64,000 nt of DNA from assembly GCA_028534125.1 (NCBI GenBank), contig CM052817.1, forward strand, positions 105,278,001-105,342,000, in the 5' to 3' direction. This DNA comes from Lama glama. Its lineage: Eukaryota. The notes under the pieces are model-generated. The model saw only the letters and a program-made list of their open reading frames with translations, was not told the DNA's origin and ran no database searches. Positions 52,661 through 64,000 of the stretch are shown here, one piece after another; the first letter of the stretch is position 1; each line of letters opens with the position of its first letter. A program made the translations under genes and the position numbers.

Positions 52661-54134
52661 TCTGTCTGCTGGCTACAATATGTCAAGATGATATACATAT
52701 ATAATCACATTGTATCATTAATTACAATTAATAATAAATTTGAAATAATTTCCTTTTCTATAATTTCATCAGAGCAAAACCAACAAAGCAATATTAATGC
52801 ACTTTAAAATACATTATTTTAATAGCATTACATAAATTGATTTTCTCTTATTTGCTTTTTTAACCTACATAGTTTTATTTAAACTGCAAAGAATATAAAC
52901 CTCGATAATTCTGTAAGACTTAGGGAATGCAGATGAGATTTTCTGTTTGTCTTAGATTTATCTGGTGTTAAATATTAATTATTAACTACAAACTATAAAA
53001 TGAATAATAGATACAATAGATCTTGAGGTCTGATTAACCATTTTCCACAATTTCCCCAGAGAGGTGTCAGTACCTTACATCTGAACAAATACATGTACAG
53101 AATTCATTTTTTATTGAATTCTTGTGTGCCAGCTGTATAATGAATTCCCGTTGGGGAGCAAAAAATGAAATGTGAGACCTATTTGTCAGCTTACATAGAA
53201 ATATTGTAGATATAAATATAAATATATAGGTACTTAAGCTGTATCATTTACAACTCTCCCTATACACACAGTTGCGATTGAAAACACATTTGTCTGTGTC
53301 TCAGGATAAAAATGAAGGACATAAATCCATCATGCTAACTATAGAAATCTTAATTACAGTCCATAGTATGTATCCGAGGGAGCTGATCATGTGTTTCATC
53401 CAATGTGTTTATCCAACCAGCATTTATCAAACATAAACGTAGGAATTCATTAGCACTGTAAAACTGCAAAATACAATTAGAAAATGCAAATCCAAACAGT
53501 GGCTGCTTCTTTCATTATTTTAAAACAACCACAGCATATTTACATTGTGCTAAGTACTCTCACATACATTAATTGCTGTAGTTTAATTCTACAGTAATGG
53601 GATGCAAGGAATAGTATTACTGTTCATCCAAATGATATGATTAAAACCCAGAGAGGAAAAAGTAACTTTCCCAAGGAGAAGAAGGGGGGACAGATTGACT
53701 CAATGAGCTCAGCAGGAGGTAGAGAAAAGCCCTGGTAGACCACAAATGGGGGAAAAGGACCAGAGAAGAACAAAGGTGATGATGGTCGTAGAGTGACGCG
53801 ACATTGACCTCAAAGAGAACCGTCTAATGTTCTTCCACATATTTTCTCCTGCCCCTACATAAGCACCCTACAGTACTCCCACATCTATTTCTTGGCCAGA
53901 CTGAAACAAGCCTTCTTCTGAAGGTTGCTGTAGCTCTGGTTTAGGGCATCTTCCTGATGGAGACTCTCCAGAAAGCAATAGTCACTCCCCTAAGTGCTCA
54001 TCTGCAGCTAGGAATCTGGGTGTCGAGCATAGTCGGAACACATGGCAATGTGCATTGGTAAGAAAGTTTCCTGAAGTCCCCCAAATTTTGAGCCTTCTCC
54101 AGAATTGGTATACTCAGAGCATCCTCTACAGAAC

Positions 54135-54360
54135 TTAACAGTATCACCAGGCATTGATTCTATGCCAGGCAGTCTGTTAGCTTTATTCTATACATTGGTT
54201 TAATCCTATGAAGATCCTCATGTTGTAAGTGGTTTATTGTTATTGGATGGATGAGAAAACTGGGGTTCACCAATGTTTAGCACCTATTAATACCACATAC
54301 TTAGAATGTTAGGAAGCAGGATTTAGGGTTTCATATCAAGCCTAGATACTTAGCGCAGGT
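54135..54360. mobile_element. MIR
   Basis: ctatgccaggca...tttaatcct...ggatgagaaaactggggttca core. Confidence 0.6.
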
Positions 54361-54426
54361 TCCACAATGAGTACTTTTTGTAGCAATTTGACCTGAGAAC
54401 TTCCTGTTCTCTTTATATTCTGATCA

Positions 54427-54775
54427 CGTAGTAGTCAGCCATGTCTTGGTCTCCTTGTGCTTGGGTGGGACTATGTGTCTAGTTCTGGCTAATGAGTTTA
54501 AAGGAGCGCCATGGAGTGCATCCGGGCTGAACATTCGATCACAATGACAAAACCTTCCTGAACTCTCGTTTCCTCCTAACATGACAAATATCATCTGTTC
54601 CAGGTGGCGGCTGCTTAAATCATCCCAAGTGACTAAATCACTGGGCTGAGTAAACCACCTTGGCGATTGATGATTACCTGGCAATGTGAAATGAGGGAAA
54701 AGCTTTTGCTTTAGATCACTGAGATGTGGGGTTTGTTTGCTATCTCAGCATAACCATGGTCTATCCTCACCAACA
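54427..54775 (+). mobile_element. MaLR LTR (MLT1I/J-like)
   Basis: ctatgtgtctagttctggctaatgag; end block cactgagatgtggggtttgtttgcta...agcataacc...ctatcct. Confidence 0.65.
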
Positions 54776-55929
54776 GAGAAAAATCTAGACCTTAACCTCC
54801 TATTACCTAACCAAGATTTCCGGGCTGCTTTCCTTGGACTACCTTGGTTTCCCCTTTCACTTCAACTTCTAGACTTTTCATCCTCTCTTCCATCCATTCT
54901 TTCTTTTTTCTGTTTCTTGCTGGGTGATGATTTTCTATCACAATTAAACCTCCTGCTGTATTTACAACCCTATAATATGCGTATACTAATATTTCAGCAT
55001 GTTACCGTATATCCTAATTGGTTTGCTGTAAACCCCGTTAAGATCAATGCTTTATCTTACATCCCTTTTCTTACCCACAACACTGATCACACTGCTACAT
55101 TGTGTGCCAATAATGATCATCAGAGTCAGGCTTGAGGGAAGATCTCATAAGGACAACAAGGAGCGCCCTTTGAGTGTAGCTAGTGGGACCACTATAAGAT
55201 CTGAAATTGCTCACATCTTTATGTGTCCAGGACATGCTATGTCCAGCTTTAGAGCGCAAACTAAAATTGCCTTATGATTCCTTTACTTCCTAAATCAAAA
55301 TATTTGTCTATGAAAGTAGTTACTGTGTGAATGGGGCAGAGAGTCTGCATAATTGGAATAGACCCAGAGAGCATCGGTCTACACGCAGCACAGTCGAATT
55401 CAAAGAAGTCATTTGTGGGAGGTGATGCTTTCCTTTTGGTATTAAAAGAATGATCCGTGAGGAAGGGTGGAGAGTGGCAGGAGAGAACTCTAGGGAAGGA
55501 GAGGAAAAAAAAAAACGTTAAACACCACATCAAAAAGGTGACTGCTCAGAGGCTGGAAACCTTCAGGCAAACCCAGGAGCATTATTTCCTAACTGACGAA
55601 AAATTGGGCCATTCCATCTGAAATATCTGACTGCTTGCAGCTTCTTCAAGGGAAGGCCCTTAAAAGTGTTAGTGTCTTTCGGAGAGGTCAAGAAGCAAGC
55701 TGGGCTGTTGTCCGAGAGCAAAGATGGTCGTGATGAGGGAAGTGGAGTGCTGGTCAAAGAACCAATTAAATGTTAAGGAATATATTAATTAATACATAGA
55801 TGTATGCATTCCATTGATATCATAATGGCTGAATACTATTCATAAATATCAGATTTTTTAAAATTAAAAAATTATGTTTGAAAAAAACGATTTTTTCTTT
55901 TCTGAGAGATGAAGTTCCACTATTAACTA

Positions 55930-56658
55930 AGCTAATGCCCTGAGCCCAGCTTCCACAGGGCAATGTAAAGAGGGCCAGATTACACCTGCACACATCATAC
56001 AGTATGTTATTACACAAGATCTGTGGTCTGTGGGTTGAAGAACATTATATGGACCAATGCTTGCCTGCTCTTTGCACCAGAGGAAGACATTATCTTTAGG
56101 ATGCTGGATGGTCAATAGTTGTAGCCTTTGCTCTGATTCAAGATAAACTGTCTGTCTTCTAAGGCTGTAAACACAGTTGTTCTTTGTCATGACATCACAG
56201 AGATCATGTCCCCCTCCAGAGCAAAGAGGGGGTATACAGACATTCTTTTTCAAACTTTATTTTTTTATAGGAGTATAGTTTAATTACAATGTTAGAGGTG
56301 TATAACAAAGTGACTCAGTTATACATATGCATACACACATATCTACATATATTTTCAGATTCTTTTCCATTATAGTTTATTACAAGAAATTAAATATAGT
56401 TCCATGTGCTGTACAGCAGTTCCTTGTCTTTGATATGTTTTACACATAGTTGTGTGTATCTGTTAATCCCTAACTCCTAATTTATCCCTCATGCCCTTTC
56501 CGCTTTGGTAACCATAGTTTGTTTCCTGTGTCCATGAGTCTATTTCTGCTATACAAACATCCTGGAACAGATACTCCAGAGCAAATGGCAGTTGGTGTCT
56601 CTGCTTCCAAGTTGTGCAGAAACGTGAGGGACCCTTGGAGGATTGTCTCCCAAAACAC
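55930..56658 (-). mobile_element. ERVL-class LTR (MER76/MER77-like), interrupted by an L1
   Basis: Right end tgtgcagaaacgtgagggacccttggaggattgtctccca resembles the reverse complement of this LTR group's start; family name from memory; left boundary approximate. Confidence 0.5.
56247..56549 (-). mobile_element. L1 3' UTR nested in an LTR
   Basis: Homologous to 27874-28256 in reverse; 14-bp TSD tatacaRacatYct at 56233-56246 and 56550-56563. Confidence 0.9.
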
Positions 56659-58904
56659 ATGGCGAGTACCGGCTGTAGCAGGAGGTCAGAGTCACCATCA
56701 AGTGTATCTAAGGCCAAAACTAATGCTGGGTGTGTTTCAAAGTAAATTTGCAAACCAGGTACATAGGTGTAGCTTCATCCTCCCTTTTACCTGGTTAATT
56801 TTGTCTTTTCTAGGACTTTAAGGTAAAAAGAAAATGTTTTGTTGACCTTTGAATACGTTGCCTGCATGTTTATTCCATTAAACCAGGTTATATTTGCTAA
56901 TCTGGGGAAAATTGGCATGCAGTAGACTGAATCGCTTTGCTTAACAAAAATAAATCAATAAAAGGATATTTCTGACTTCAAAAATTCTCAAGATTATAAA
57001 CTACTATAGAAAATTGTCATCTGATCCTTTTAAAAATGAACTCTTAAAGCAATCTTATTAGTACAGACGGGGAGGGTGGTGAGCTTTATAAAGTCTGTTC
57101 CTTTACACGTCTGTGACCCTACATTAAGATATTTTTTGTAAATCTTTAAAAGTAATACTTATATCTTAAAAAAAATAGAGCTGCTTTCACTTGAAGATGT
57201 GAAGTTTTGAAATGGTAAAAATGTGATGCATTAGCTTCTACTTACATCTTTTCCATGACTCACAACAAAGTAGTCAAGTAAAGTCAAATTCATATGGTAC
57301 ATTAGATCCAAATTCTCAGGATTCCAGAAAACTCCATTTATGCACTATTCTTGGGCACTTACAATGTTTTCTACAGCCCCAGTATGAACTTGCAAGGGAC
57401 TTAAGCCACAGTGCTTTCTCTGACCCAACTTGATCATTTAAAAAAATTATGTTGATAGTTTAAAAAATGGCTTTATTCCTGTTTCCCTAAACAGTCATTG
57501 ATCCTTTTACCGATCAAGGAATACCAGGCTCTCAGGACCAAGGTGCAGGTTGGCCGTGACTGTTCATCTCCCTCTGGCTGACTCCCAAAGCCTTCTTATC
57601 TTTAGATCTAGTCGTACTTTTCTCATCATTTCTGTGGAAAGGATAGTGCTCGTTCACATCAGTTTGCAAAAGAAAAACAAACTATTATTACACCCAGATC
57701 TACTACTGATTAAGCACGTTGTTCAAAAAATAAAATGTGGGTGTGATTGTTTATAACAGGGCTCAATGTGGATACTCTAAACTTGTAGATGCAGGAAAGA
57801 GGGTTATAAGTTAAGAACAGCTGAATGAGATAAGTGAATATTAATACAGCTCAAGCTAGTATTTACATTCACGTCTTCAATGTGTAAATTATAAGTTTTG
57901 TACATCTTTAATTATTAAAATTCTAATGCAAATTCAATTAGCAAAGCCTTATATTATAAATAAAAAGAAATATCCTGATTTACGAATATGACATTCAAAA
58001 TGTTTAAGAGATAAAAACCCTGAGGTGTATAAACCACAGTTGAAAAGGATAGTATTCTTTTTAACTAGTATTATTCACTGCTCATTTCTGTCATCAGGCC
58101 TTCCATATATGAGCTGAGAGGCAGTGTTTTTAGAGCTATAAGACAGTAGCAAATATTCAATCTATCTTTAAGAGCATATCATACAGATGGGAAAAGTGAG
58201 GGCCTGAGAAGCAAAGGTCTTTGCTGAAGGTCACACGGCTGTGTGCCATTCAGCTGAGATGATAACGGATTTCCTGTCTTCCAGAACGGCTGTGCTTTCC
58301 TTTAATACTCTGTCCCCCAGATTCACACTTTTCTTCAAGTCCAGCATTTACCAACAAAAAAGTAAATTCACTCATTATTTCAACAGTGTTTGCTAAGTCC
58401 CTACTACACACGAAGTACTGAACAACATAATTCAAATTGAGGTGTTCTTAAATACACATGTTGATTTGCCTGTGATTGTTGGTGAGACAAACATCTCAAA
58501 TGAATTGATTGAAAACATCATTCAAGACTATCTTTAAACATACACAAAGGGACCATCCTTCAGGGACAGCTGGTGCAGAGCTGGCTTTATAGGGGTTGGT
58601 CTATGGTAAAATAAATGGAGTGGCTAAGCACATATGCTGGACTACGCACTGGAAAAAACATACTTAGTTAAGACATTGAACTAGCCATCAGGCTGTCTGA
58701 AAGTGATTGCAGTTTATCAGCTGTGTGGGTTAAACACATGGCCCATTCAAAGATTATACTGCCAATCATTATACTACCAATTGGTAGACCCATCCAACAA
58801 AAAACGTCTACTTTCAGCCTTCTGTCAGATGGTTGCTTACATATGCTATCAGCAATACTGGTAGCATGGTTATATTTTCTCCTTAGGAAGGAGCCTCTTT
58901 TCCT

Positions 58905-60985
58905 TTTCTCAATTTTTAAATAGACTTTATTTTTATAACAGTTTTATAGCCACAGAAATATTGAGTAGAGAATACAGAGGGTCCCCATACCTCCTGGCAT
59001 CATGCCTACCTGTACAGCCTCCACCATTGTCAACATCCTGCAACAGGTGGTACCTTTGTTATAATCCATGAACTTACATTGACAAATCATTATCACCCAA
59101 AGTTCATGGTTTACCTTGGGGTTCACTCTTGGTGGTTTATCCTTTATGGGTTTTGACACAGACATGATAACTTGTACCCACCATTGTCATATCATACAGA
59201 AAAATTTCATTGCCCTAAAAATCCTCTGTACTCTGCCTATTTATCACTCCCTTTGCCATAACCTCCCATTATCACTGACTTTTTTATTGTCTCCATAGTT
59301 TTGCCTCTTCCAGAATGTCATATTGTTGGAATCATACAGAATGTGACTTTACAGATTGACTTCCTGCCCTTGGGATATGCATTTAAGATTTCTTCCATGT
59401 CTTTTCATGGCTTGATAGCTCATTTCTTTTTAGTGCTAAATAATATTCCATTGTCTGGATGTACCACAGTATATTTACCCACTTACTTATTGAAGGCCAT
59501 CTTGGTTGCTTGACTGGGAGAATTAAAAATAAAGCTGCTATAAACATCTATGTGCAGGTTTCTTTGTGGACATAAGTTTTCAGCTCATTTGGGTAAATTC
59601 CCAGAAATGTGATTGTTGAATCACATGGCAAGAGTACATTTAGTTCTTTAAGAAAGTGTTACACTGTCTTCCAAAGTAGCTCTATCATTTACCATTCTTA
59701 CCAGCAATGAGCGAGAGTTGTTCCACATTTGCAGCATTTGGTGTTGGCAATTTTTGGATGTTAGCCATTCTAATATATGTATTGTAGTATCTCATCCTGG
59801 CTTGAATTTTCCATTCACTAAAGACATAGGGTGTTTAACATACTTTTATATGCTTATCTGCCATCTGTATATCCTGTTTGGTGTAGGTGTCTCTCAGTTC
59901 TTTTGCCCATTTTTAATTGGGTTGTTAGTTTCCTCATTGTTGAATTTTATAAGTTTACTATATATTTTGAATAGCAGTCCTTTATCAGATGTGCTCTTTG
60001 CAAATATTTCCTTCCTGACCATGATTTATCTTCTCATTTTCCTCACCAGAGCAGGCTTTTGTAATTTTAATAAAGTTCAGCCTACCAACTATTTCTTTCA
60101 TGAATCATGCCTTTGTTGTTTATGTTAAAAGTCATTGCCATACTCAAGGTCATCTTTGTTTTCTCTTTTGTTGTCTTCTGGGAGTTTTATAGTCTCCATT
60201 TTACATGTAGGCCTATGATTCACTTTGGATTAACTTTTGTGAAGAGGTTAAGGTCTGTGTTTAGATTCATTATTTTGCACATGGGTGTCCAATTGTTCCA
60301 GCATCATTTGTTGGAAAAGCCATCTTTGCTCCATTGTATTGCTGTTTCTTTTTCACCCAAGATCAGTTGACTTTAATACTGTGGATCTAGACTGGACTCT
60401 ACTCTGGGCTGCTTGTCTGTCCTCCCACCAATAACACATTCTCTTGATTACTGTAGCTTTATAGCAAGTCCCCAGTGCATTAGTGTCAGTCCATCCACTG
60501 TGGTGTTGTTCTTTTTTTTTTTTTTAACATTTTTTATTGATTTATTATCATTTTACATGTTGTGTCAAATTCCAGTGTTCAGCACAATTTTTCAGTCATT
60601 CATGGACATATGGTGTTGTTCTTTTTCAATTTTGTATAGTCTCTTCTGGGTCTTTTGCCTCTCAAATTAAACTTTAGAATCAGTTGTCAATATCCATAAA
60701 GTAAGCTACTACAATTTTGTCTGGAATTGCATTGAATCTGTCAAATTGGGAGGAATTGACATGGTGACCATATTAAGCCTTCATATCCATGAACATGGAA
60801 TATCTCTCCATTTATTTAGTTCTTTGATTTTGTTCATCAGAGTGTTGTAGTTGTCTTTGTATAGACCTTGTACATATTGTGTTAGGTTTATATCTAAGTA
60901 TTTAATACTTCCGGGTGCTAATGTAAATGGTACTGTGTTTTGAATCTCAGATTCCACATGTGCATTGTCAGTATGTAGGAAAATC
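58905..60985 (-). mobile_element. L1MC-like LINE-1, ~2 kb (3' UTR plus ORF2 3' part)
   Basis: aatagactttatttt...catgaacttacattgacaaatcattatcacccaaagttcatggtttac...ggggttcactcttggtg followed by continuous antisense ORF2-like sequence. Confidence 0.88.
60517..60610 (-). mobile_element. Young 94-bp L1 3' end inserted in the old L1
   Basis: T run then aacattttttattgattt...ttgtgtcaaattccagtgttcagcacaatttttcagtcattcatggacata; perfect 16-bp TSD TGGTGTTGTTCTTTTT at 60501-60516 and 60611-60626. Confidence 0.88.
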
Positions 60986-61369
60986 TAATATAATGTGATA
61001 TTCTGAAGTTGGAGGCTATCTTTGCTCCATTTTACTGCCTGTGCTTTTTTGCCAAAGATCAGTTAACTGTCTTTATGTGGGTCTGTTCTGGACCCTCTAC
61101 TCAAAATCTGACAAAGTAACTCCTGGAAGTAATAAGTGACTATTTTATAGAACTATTTATATTATTGTAAAATTTCAAGCTATATAAAGCCGCTGTTGGC
61201 CTCTTTAGTGTGATTTCAGAGAAAACAATGTGAAGACAATGAAAAGGGTCTACATTTGGACAGATGTTTCAAATGTTTAACAAAACAATAATTAATGAAA
61301 AGCTATAACTGTTAACACAAATTAGATATGGTTAAAATAATGCTATATTTTATTACAGTGCATCTGAAG

Positions 61370-61535
61370 ATATATATGGATACATTTTATATGTATGTAT
61401 ATTAATATATATATTTAGAATTACATATAATAATATATTTTACAATTATATATAATAATTATTTTATTATATTGTATATAAATTATATAATAATATTATA
61501 TATATATTACTATAATATATAAGTATATATATAAT
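61370..61535. repeat. AT-rich low-complexity tract
   Basis: Seen directly; a similar tract lies at ~41965-42105. Confidence 0.85.
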
Positions 61536-62610
61536 TCAAAAACATACATGTTTCATTGTTAAAAAATGTGAGAATTCATCTATTCCAGCCAGTTTATGAG
61601 ACACTAAAATTAATCAGTTACACCTAATTTAAGATCTAAAATAGTATTTCCCTAGAATATTATCTCTATAACTCACTTTCCTGAGAAGATTAATGATATG
61701 CAAACCATAAATGGCAGAAATAACACTGAAAAGAAGAAATTAAAACTCCAATTAAGAAAAGAGTAAGCGAACACACAACTATTGTAATGAGAAAAATCTC
61801 TTGCTTTATCACATTATATATTAATTTTTAACAAGTCTTAAAAATGAACTCATGTTTCATCTTTGAAGAATAAGGAAGTAAAAGGTACTTAACCCTACTG
61901 AGTTCTACATCCCTCTCAGCACCACAGGCACGCGGCAAGCATTAACATAGCGTCAACAGTGTATCACTCAATGTAGCAATCTCGTATCATCAACTGAGTA
62001 CTGCTGGCTTTTATTTGTTGTATTTATCTTTTAAGTTTATTTTGGATTGATAGATATTTAAGATACATACGTGAATATATTTGATAATTCATATGAAGCT
62101 TGCTCATATTTAAGCCGTATTGTATTGGAATAAAAGTTAAGGCTACATTGCTTGTCCACAGAACTATTTCTTTCTTTGAATGGAGAACATTTATTAATCA
62201 AGTATTAGAGATCCTAAGGGAAGGAATGTGTAGACATCGGTGAGTGATCACTAGTTCCCTTTCTATTTTATGCTTAGTTTTAAGGTTATGTGGTTGTGAC
62301 CAAGAAATAACACATGAAAATGGGATGTAGGCAGAAGGCTGAGCAGAACGCCCTCTTGATTCTACATCTGTTTCACCTAGAACATTTATGATTTATTTTT
62401 GTATACAGTTTGATTCATAATGTATTTTGATTCATAAAAAGGTCTTGTTTAAATACAATATTTCAGTTGCTTAATAAAAGTGAAAATATTAGAATTGATG
62501 GTCTTGGTTACTTAGTGATTTTGTGGATTATGGTTTCCAATGGCTTAGCTAGTTCCAAAAATCAAATATATCCCCAAAAGATAAAGATAGCTGCAACTAA
62601 ATAAACGAAA

Positions 62611-62702
62611 TACACACACACACACACATATAGTCTATACATAAGTATATATATACACACACATATATGTAGTCTATATATATATACATATATATATATA
62701 TA
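62611..62702. repeat. Compound (CA)n/(TA)n microsatellite
   Basis: Seen directly; two similar units each containing tagtctata. Confidence 0.9.
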
Positions 62703-64000
62703 TTCTTGAACATAGACTATCCCAAGTTCTGAAGAAATAATGAAATATTGCCTTGGAAGACTTTTTTTTTGGTCAAAAAAGAAATACATATATGTATATA
62801 TACGTATTTTTTAAATTGAGGACAATTCTAAAAGATTTTTCTAGGAGAAAATATTAAAATTGGGGGAAACATAATTGCTTTTATTTATACATACATGAGA
62901 AAAGCATCACCGAAAGTTAAAGTTGAAATGCATCTTATCTGTCTACAAATCTAACATCGTCACCTGGCTAATGAAAACTTTAGGTCCTAATTGTTATGTG
63001 CCCAAGTTGTTAGCATCAAGTAGAGATGGATTTGCGAATAAAATCCTGATCTAACGAAGAGTAGACAGAACTCTACACAATAGCAATACACTTTTTGATA
63101 AATTTGTTCAAAACCCTCTGTCGTAGTATTTACATGCATGCAACCCGTGTGTGTATTGTGTGTACACATATTTCCATCGCAACACTATTTCTACCAACTC
63201 TACCCAATTTTCAGCTCCTATATAGAAACAGTTTCTTCAAAACTTGGAATTCCAAATAACTATGTATTTCCACAAAAGAAAAGAAATTCCTTTAAATTCT
63301 CCCTGTGAAATATCACCCAACTATTTGAGCTCATTATTACAATAACTTCCCCCCACCTTTAAAAAGGTAAATATAATCGATCTAAATGCTGTAGATAAAA
63401 ATCTCTTGCTGTGTTCAGTGTCCCTCTCTCTGGAAAAATGTTCCTAAAGATCTTAGGGGTTTTCCTTTTGATTGATATAATAAAATCCCCTGTTCACTTC
63501 CCAGACGTCTGCATTCATTGCCCTTGAGAACATTATTTCTGTGAAATGTTCTGCTGAAAATGGATTCTAATGACCAAGTCATTTAAGAAAACTGAGTATT
63601 ATGCTTCTGTGGAAATCCACAATGCACAGGAGCATATTAAAGTCTGAGGAATATTCTAAACTTTACTTAACCTAGAATTTCCCAACTAAATGAACTATAG
63701 AGAATTTTGAACACTTTCTGATATTCTGGGAAACGCAATTTGGGAAACTGCTCTAGTGACTTTTAGACTTAATTGCTGCTATACACAGCAGCTGACAACT
63801 TTGACATCTCTTGAAATTAACCATGTTAAGGATCTGGCTTAATATCTTTCTGCAGTTACAAACACTAAAGTGCAATTAATCCAGTCTCTATTTTAGGGTA
63901 TTTTTTTTCTAGAAAGAAAATGTTGATGCTACTATATTTTGAGAATTATGATACAGGATTTAAATCACAAACTGGCATGTATTAAGCACGCTTTCTCAAA

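Noticed and set aside
61915..61932. TCAGCACCAC RE1 left half-site (another near 8431)
   Set aside because: No GGACAG right half-site nearby
63540..63756. Possible hAT-Charlie DNA transposon remnant (tttgggaaactgctctag)
   Set aside because: Only one terminus-like stretch is visible; no paired terminal repeat or 8-bp TSD found

Overview
Mammalian genomic DNA, very probably from a camelid (camel, llama or alpaca), judged from five copies of a tRNA-derived SINE resembling the camelid vic-1 family and from artiodactyl-type L1 3' ends. The window holds the 5' end of FSTL5 (follistatin-like 5) on the + strand: about 13 kb of upstream sequence, a CpG-island promoter (~13.0-13.8 kb), an inferred non-coding first exon ending at the donor 13980/13981, a first intron of at least 35 kb containing a 500-N gap, and the first coding exon (49599-49740; ATG at 49615; 42 codons including the signal peptide). 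Intron 2 runs off the end of the window. The rest is AT-rich non-coding DNA with LINE-1, L2, MIR, SINE and LTR insertions, several of them nested and with readable target-site duplications (TSDs). Apart from this exon and two L1 ORF2 remnants, the ORFs in the track look spurious. I see no evidence for a wholly new biological system. The best leads are a non-canonical, wide-spacer REST/NRSF site just downstream of the inferred FSTL5 start, extra splice donors in the promoter and first exon, two motif-dense candidate enhancers, two related solo LTRs bracketing the promoter and start codon, and two very recent-looking structural events (a 115-bp tandem duplication and a 94-bp L1 insertion). Repeat family names and the human FSTL5 comparison come from memory, not from a search; boundaries of old repeats are approximate.
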